Origin: Hydrurus foetidus
Lineage: Eukaryota
DNA length: 64,000 nt
Assembly (NCBI GenBank): GCA_900617105.1
Contig: UYFQ01000005.1
Span: forward strand, 1-64,000
Direction: 5' to 3'
Notes under the pieces: model-generated
The model's database searches: none
What the model was told of the DNA's origin: nothing
What the model saw: only the letters and a program-made list of their open reading frames with translations
Position numbers and translations under genes: made by a program
Shown here: in pieces, positions 60,621-64,000 of the stretch
Layout: each line of letters starts with the position of its first letter
Numbering within the stretch: the first letter of the stretch is position 1

Positions 60621-63600
60621 CTAAGTCAGGCGCTGAAGGAGGGTTTCAAACTGGAATTGTCGCGCCAAACCGCGCATCTCGTTGACGTAGGGTTGGCTGG
60701 CGGGTTCGGCGATTTCTACCTCGGCCAGTTTGTTCATGATGCCCCGGTAGTAGCCCAGCACAGCTAACTCCCGCAGCGCCACGAGCCACGGCTCTGAAGG
60801 CAGCACCTGCGCCATGTCAACGCCAGTGGACGGTGGCGGTGCGTTGGTCTGCGGGGCTTGCGTGGTGGCGGGTTCGGCCAGGAAGTCAGTCCACACCAGG
60901 GCCAATCGGCGCTCCAGCCAATCGAGCAGCTCAGAATGTCGCACCGGCTTGACGATGAAATCGTCCGGCGTGATGCCCACGTCGTTGTCGAGCCCTTTGT
61001 CGAAAGCGTTGGCCGAGACGATGGCGATGTGGGTGTCTGGCAGCCCCAGGCGCTGCGCCCGGCGGATGGTTTCCCAGCCGTCGATGCCGGGCATGGCCAA
61101 GTCCATCAGCAGCACATCGGGGCGGTAGCCGGTGGCGAGTAAGTCCAGCGCGTCGTGCCCGTTGGCGGCGGTGCGCAGCTCGAAACCGAGTGGCTCCAGC
61201 ACGCGCACCAGCAGTTCGCGGTCAGGTTCTTCGTTGTCGACCACCAGCACGCGGCGGCGCGGGCCGGTGTAGGCTGTGCGGCGCACGGTGGGGCTGATCT
61301 TGTGCGCGGCGAGTGCGCTGCCATGCACCTCGGGCAAAAACAGTTTGACGCGGAACACCGCCCCTGCCCCCGGCGTGCTGCTGGCCGTCAGCTCGCCGCC
61401 CATCAACGTGGTCAGCATGTTGGCAATCGTCAACCCCAGGCCCGCACCGGGCACGGGGCTGGCGCTGTCGCCACGCTCGAACGGCTCAAAAATTTGCGCC
61501 AATTCTGGGGTGCTCAGGCCGGGGCCGGTGTCTTCAATCTCGATGGTCGCCATCTCATACGCATGGCGCAGGCGGAAGGTGACGTGGCCGGTGGGCGTGA
61601 ACTTGATGGCGTTGGCGAGCAGGTTGATGATGATCTGGCGCAGGCGTTTTTCGTCCGCACGCACCACCTCGGGCAGCACACCCAGCACATCAAACTGGAA
61701 CTTCAGCCCCTTGGCGGCAGCTTGCAGCTCGAACATGCTGGCGATCTCATGCACGCCGTCGGCAAAGCGCATGGGGTGGATATCAAGCTTGAGCTTGCCG
61801 CTCTCAATGCGGGCCATGTCCAGCGTGCCTTCGATCAGCGAGAGCAAATGCTCGCCACCGCGCCGTATCACGTTGACCGCCTGCTTGCGGTGCGCAGGCA
61901 CAGTTGCGTCTTCGCCCATCAGCTGCGCATAGCCCAAGATGCTGTTGAGCGGCGTACGCAGCTCGTGGCTGATGGCGCTGATGTAGCGACTTTTGGCCTG
62001 ATTGGCCTGCTCTGCCACGCGCTTAGCGGCTTCGGCCTGGGCCTGCGCTTGTTCGGCTTGCAGCGTGGCTTGCTCGGCCACCACGCGGGCACTTTGCAAG
62101 GCGGCATCGGTGATGCGGTGGGCGTCAATTTCTTGCTGCAACACCACGGTTTGCTCATGCAGCAAATGGGTTTGGCGGTTGGATTCCTCTTGCGCCACTT
62201 GGCGGCTTTTGTGCGCCAGCACCAGCCACCACGCGACGATGCCCGACACCAGCAGCAGCGCCAAATAGGCTTTGACCAACCCCGAGCGCAGCGCCGCCCC
62301 CGATTGCTCGGCGCTGAGCGAACCCGAGATGTAGGCCGCGCTCAGTGCGTTTTCGGCCAGCGTGCGCAGCTCTTGGTGGTATAGCAGCCCCAGCACCGCC
62401 GCCAGCACCGGCACGATGACCACCATCAGCAGCAAAAAGTGCCCCAGCCCGGTATCCAGGTACGGCCAAATGCGTTTGGGCAACAACCAGCGCAGCGCGG
62501 CTGACCACTGGGCAGACAGGTTCGCATGGGGCTTGCACGCATCACCACAGCGGGCATCGAGCGTGCAGCACAGCGAGCAAATCGGGCCTTGGTAGGCGGG
62601 GCAATGCGCCATGTCCGGGGTTTCGTACTCGCGCTCGCAGATCACGCAGCGGCGCAAACCCGCTGGGGGCCACAGGCGCTGGTAGCCGCCCCTATCGGCC
62701 AAATCACCGCCCGGTGTACCGGCTTCGGGAGGGCGTGCGAGGTAGTAGCGGCCTTTCGTCGCCCAAGCGATCAATGGCGCCGTCACCAACGATGTGACCA
62801 ACGCAATCACCGCCGAAAACGCCCGTGCGTCGTCTCCCCACAACCCCAAATGCGCGGTGATGGACAGCACCGATGCCAGCAACATCGCGCCCACGCCCAC
62901 GGGGTTGATGTCGTACAAATAAGCGCGTTTGAACTCAATCCCCTTGGGCGACAAGCCCAGCGGTTTGTTGATGACCAAATCGGCCACCACCGCCATCATC
63001 CAGGCGATGGCGATGTTGGAATACAGCCCCAGCACGTCGCCCAGCGCCTCGAACACGTTCATTTCCATCAGCATGAAGGCGATCAGGGTGTTGAACACCA
63101 CCCACACCACGCGCCCAGGGTGGCTGTGCGTGAGGCGTGAGAAAAAATTGCTCCACGCCAGCGACCCGGCGTAAGCGTTGGTCACGTTGATTTTGAGCTG
63201 CGACACCACCACAAACAGCGCTGTCGCCGCCACCGCCCAGCCGTAGTCGTTGAACACAAACTCGTAGGCCACGAGGTACATCTGGTTCGGGTCAACCGCC
63301 CGATCCGTGGGGACGCTGTGGGTGATGGCGATGTAGGCCAACAGCGCACCGCCCAGCATTTTCAGCACGCCCAGTACCACCCAACCCGGCCCGCCCACCA
63401 GCACGCTGGCGTACCAGCGCCACTTGTTGGCAGGCGTTTGGGCGGGCATGAAACGCAGGTAATCGGCCTGCTCGCCCATTTGGGTGATGAGCGCGATGCC
63501 CACGGTGAGGGCTGCGCCGAACAGGTGCAGGTCAAACTGCCGACCCGCCCCCGTTTCGCCGCCGTACTGCATCAGCCCGGCGATGGCACCGGGGTCTTTG

Positions 63601-64000
63601 GCCAGCACGAACGCAAACGGCACCACCAGCATCACCAGCCACAGCGGCTGTGTCCAGGCTTGCAGACGGCTGATGGCCGACACACCGTGCGTGACCAGCG
63701 GTATCACCACCAGCGCACACACCAAATAGCCCCAGCGCGGCGGCACCCCCAGCGCCAGCTCCAGCGCATAGGCCATCACGGCGGCCTCCAGCGCAAAAAA
63801 GATAAAGGTGAACGAGGCATAGATCAGCGACGTAAGCGTCGAGCCGATGTAGCCAAAGCCCGCACCGCGCGTGAGCAAATCCATGTCCACGCCGTAGCGG
63901 GCGGCGTAAATGCTGATGGGCAAGCCCGCCATAAAGATGATGAGACCCGTCGCCACGATGGCCCAAAAGGCATTGACAAACCCGTACTGCACCAAGAGCG
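60621..64000 (-). CDS. Hybrid sensor histidine kinase with N-terminal permease-like domain (5' end outside window)
   Basis: NCS1-like multi-TM region; Cys cluster; SHELRTPL, NAIKFT, DTGPG, GAGLGL; REC LMDLAMPG. Confidence 0.93.
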   Translation of the reverse strand, partial: LLVQYGFVNAFWAIVATGLIIFMAGLPISIYAARYGVDMDLLTRGAGFGYIGSTLTSLIYASFTFIFFALEAAVMAYALELALGVPPRWGYLVCALVVIPLVTHGVSAISRLQAWTQPLWLVMLVVPFAFVLAKDPGAIAGLMQYGGETGAGRQFDLHLFGAALTVGIALITQMGEQADYLRFMPAQTPANKWRWYASVLVGGPGWVVLGVLKMLGGALLAYIAITHSVPTDRAVDPNQMYLVAYEFVFNDYGWAVAATALFVVVSQLKINVTNAYAGSLAWSNFFSRLTHSHPGRVVWVVFNTLIAFMLMEMNVFEALGDVLGLYSNIAIAWMMAVVADLVINKPLGLSPKGIEFKRAYLYDINPVGVGAMLLASVLSITAHLGLWGDDARAFSAVIALVTSLVTAPLIAWATKGRYYLARPPEAGTPGGDLADRGGYQRLWPPAGLRRCVICEREYETPDMAHCPAYQGPICSLCCTLDARCGDACKPHANLSAQWSAALRWLLPKRIWPYLDTGLGHFLLLMVVIVPVLAAVLGLLYHQELRTLAENALSAAYISGSLSAEQSGAALRSGLVKAYLALLLVSGIVAWWLVLAHKSRQVAQEESNRQTHLLHEQTVVLQQEIDAHRITDAALQSARVVAEQATLQAEQAQAQAEAAKRVAEQANQAKSRYISAISHELRTPLNSILGYAQLMGEDATVPAHRKQAVNVIRRGGEHLLSLIEGTLDMARIESGKLKLDIHPMRFADGVHEIASMFELQAAAKGLKFQFDVLGVLPEVVRADEKRLRQIIINLLANAIKFTPTGHVTFRLRHAYEMATIEIEDTGPGLSTPELAQIFEPFERGDSASPVPGAGLGLTIANMLTTLMGGELTASSTPGAGAVFRVKLFLPEVHGSALAAHKISPTVRRTAYTGPRRRVLVVDNEEPDRELLVRVLEPLGFELRTAANGHDALDLLATGYRPDVLLMDLAMPGIDGWETIRRAQRLGLPDTHIAIVSANAFDKGLDNDVGITPDDFIVKPVRHSELLDWLERRLALVWTDFLAEPATTQAPQTNAPPPSTGVDMAQVLPSEPWLVALRELAVLGYYRGIMNKLAEVEIAEPASQPYVNEMRGLARQFQFETLLQRLT

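Noticed and set aside
4106..63966. Many long antisense or alternative-frame ORFs in the track
   Set aside because: Shadow ORFs expected in high-GC coding DNA; they overlap well-supported genes and lack motifs

Overview
GC-rich betaproteobacterial chromosome segment; gene content and dispersed repeats suggest Comamonadaceae (inference). (1) 1-~3780: right part of a very AT-rich integrated mobilizable element (iteron-like repeats, RHH regulator, mobC, HEN-type relaxase with an internal stop, att-like end) abutting a truncated 5' stub of msrA. (2) 3917-18662: two LysR-linked catabolic clusters (AidB-like acyl-CoA dehydrogenase/Bug/CoA-transferase/gcdH; cupin/TRAP/DUF2848/amidase) separated by an IS3 remnant and an intact IS256. 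(3) 18775-42938: a ~24-kb leftward catabolic block (ABC transporter, HDAC-family deacylase, MarR, APC permease, DmpA peptidase, DUF1329/DUF1302/MMPL/YCF48 module, decayed second marR, ALDH, HAD, two class-III aminotransferases, two SDRs, Tm-1-like protein) with four copies of one palindromic operator, three overlapping well-spaced sigma70 promoters; hypothesised to use N-acylated biogenic amines. (4) 43035-51291: TetR-RND-pcm-rhodanese-TolC-aspartic protease. (5) 51182-58741: tandem duplication of an NHL-repeat lipoprotein gene with conserved ends and divergent interiors, each copy preceded by (ATATAATCTTT)x6; copy 2 is broken by two independent insertions of one IS50-like element. (6) 58684-64000: permease-fused hybrid kinase and response regulator with a nucleotidyltransferase + small-ORF pair wedged between them. 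No rRNA, tRNA or CRISPR array seen. Homology calls are from motif recognition and memory, not database searches.
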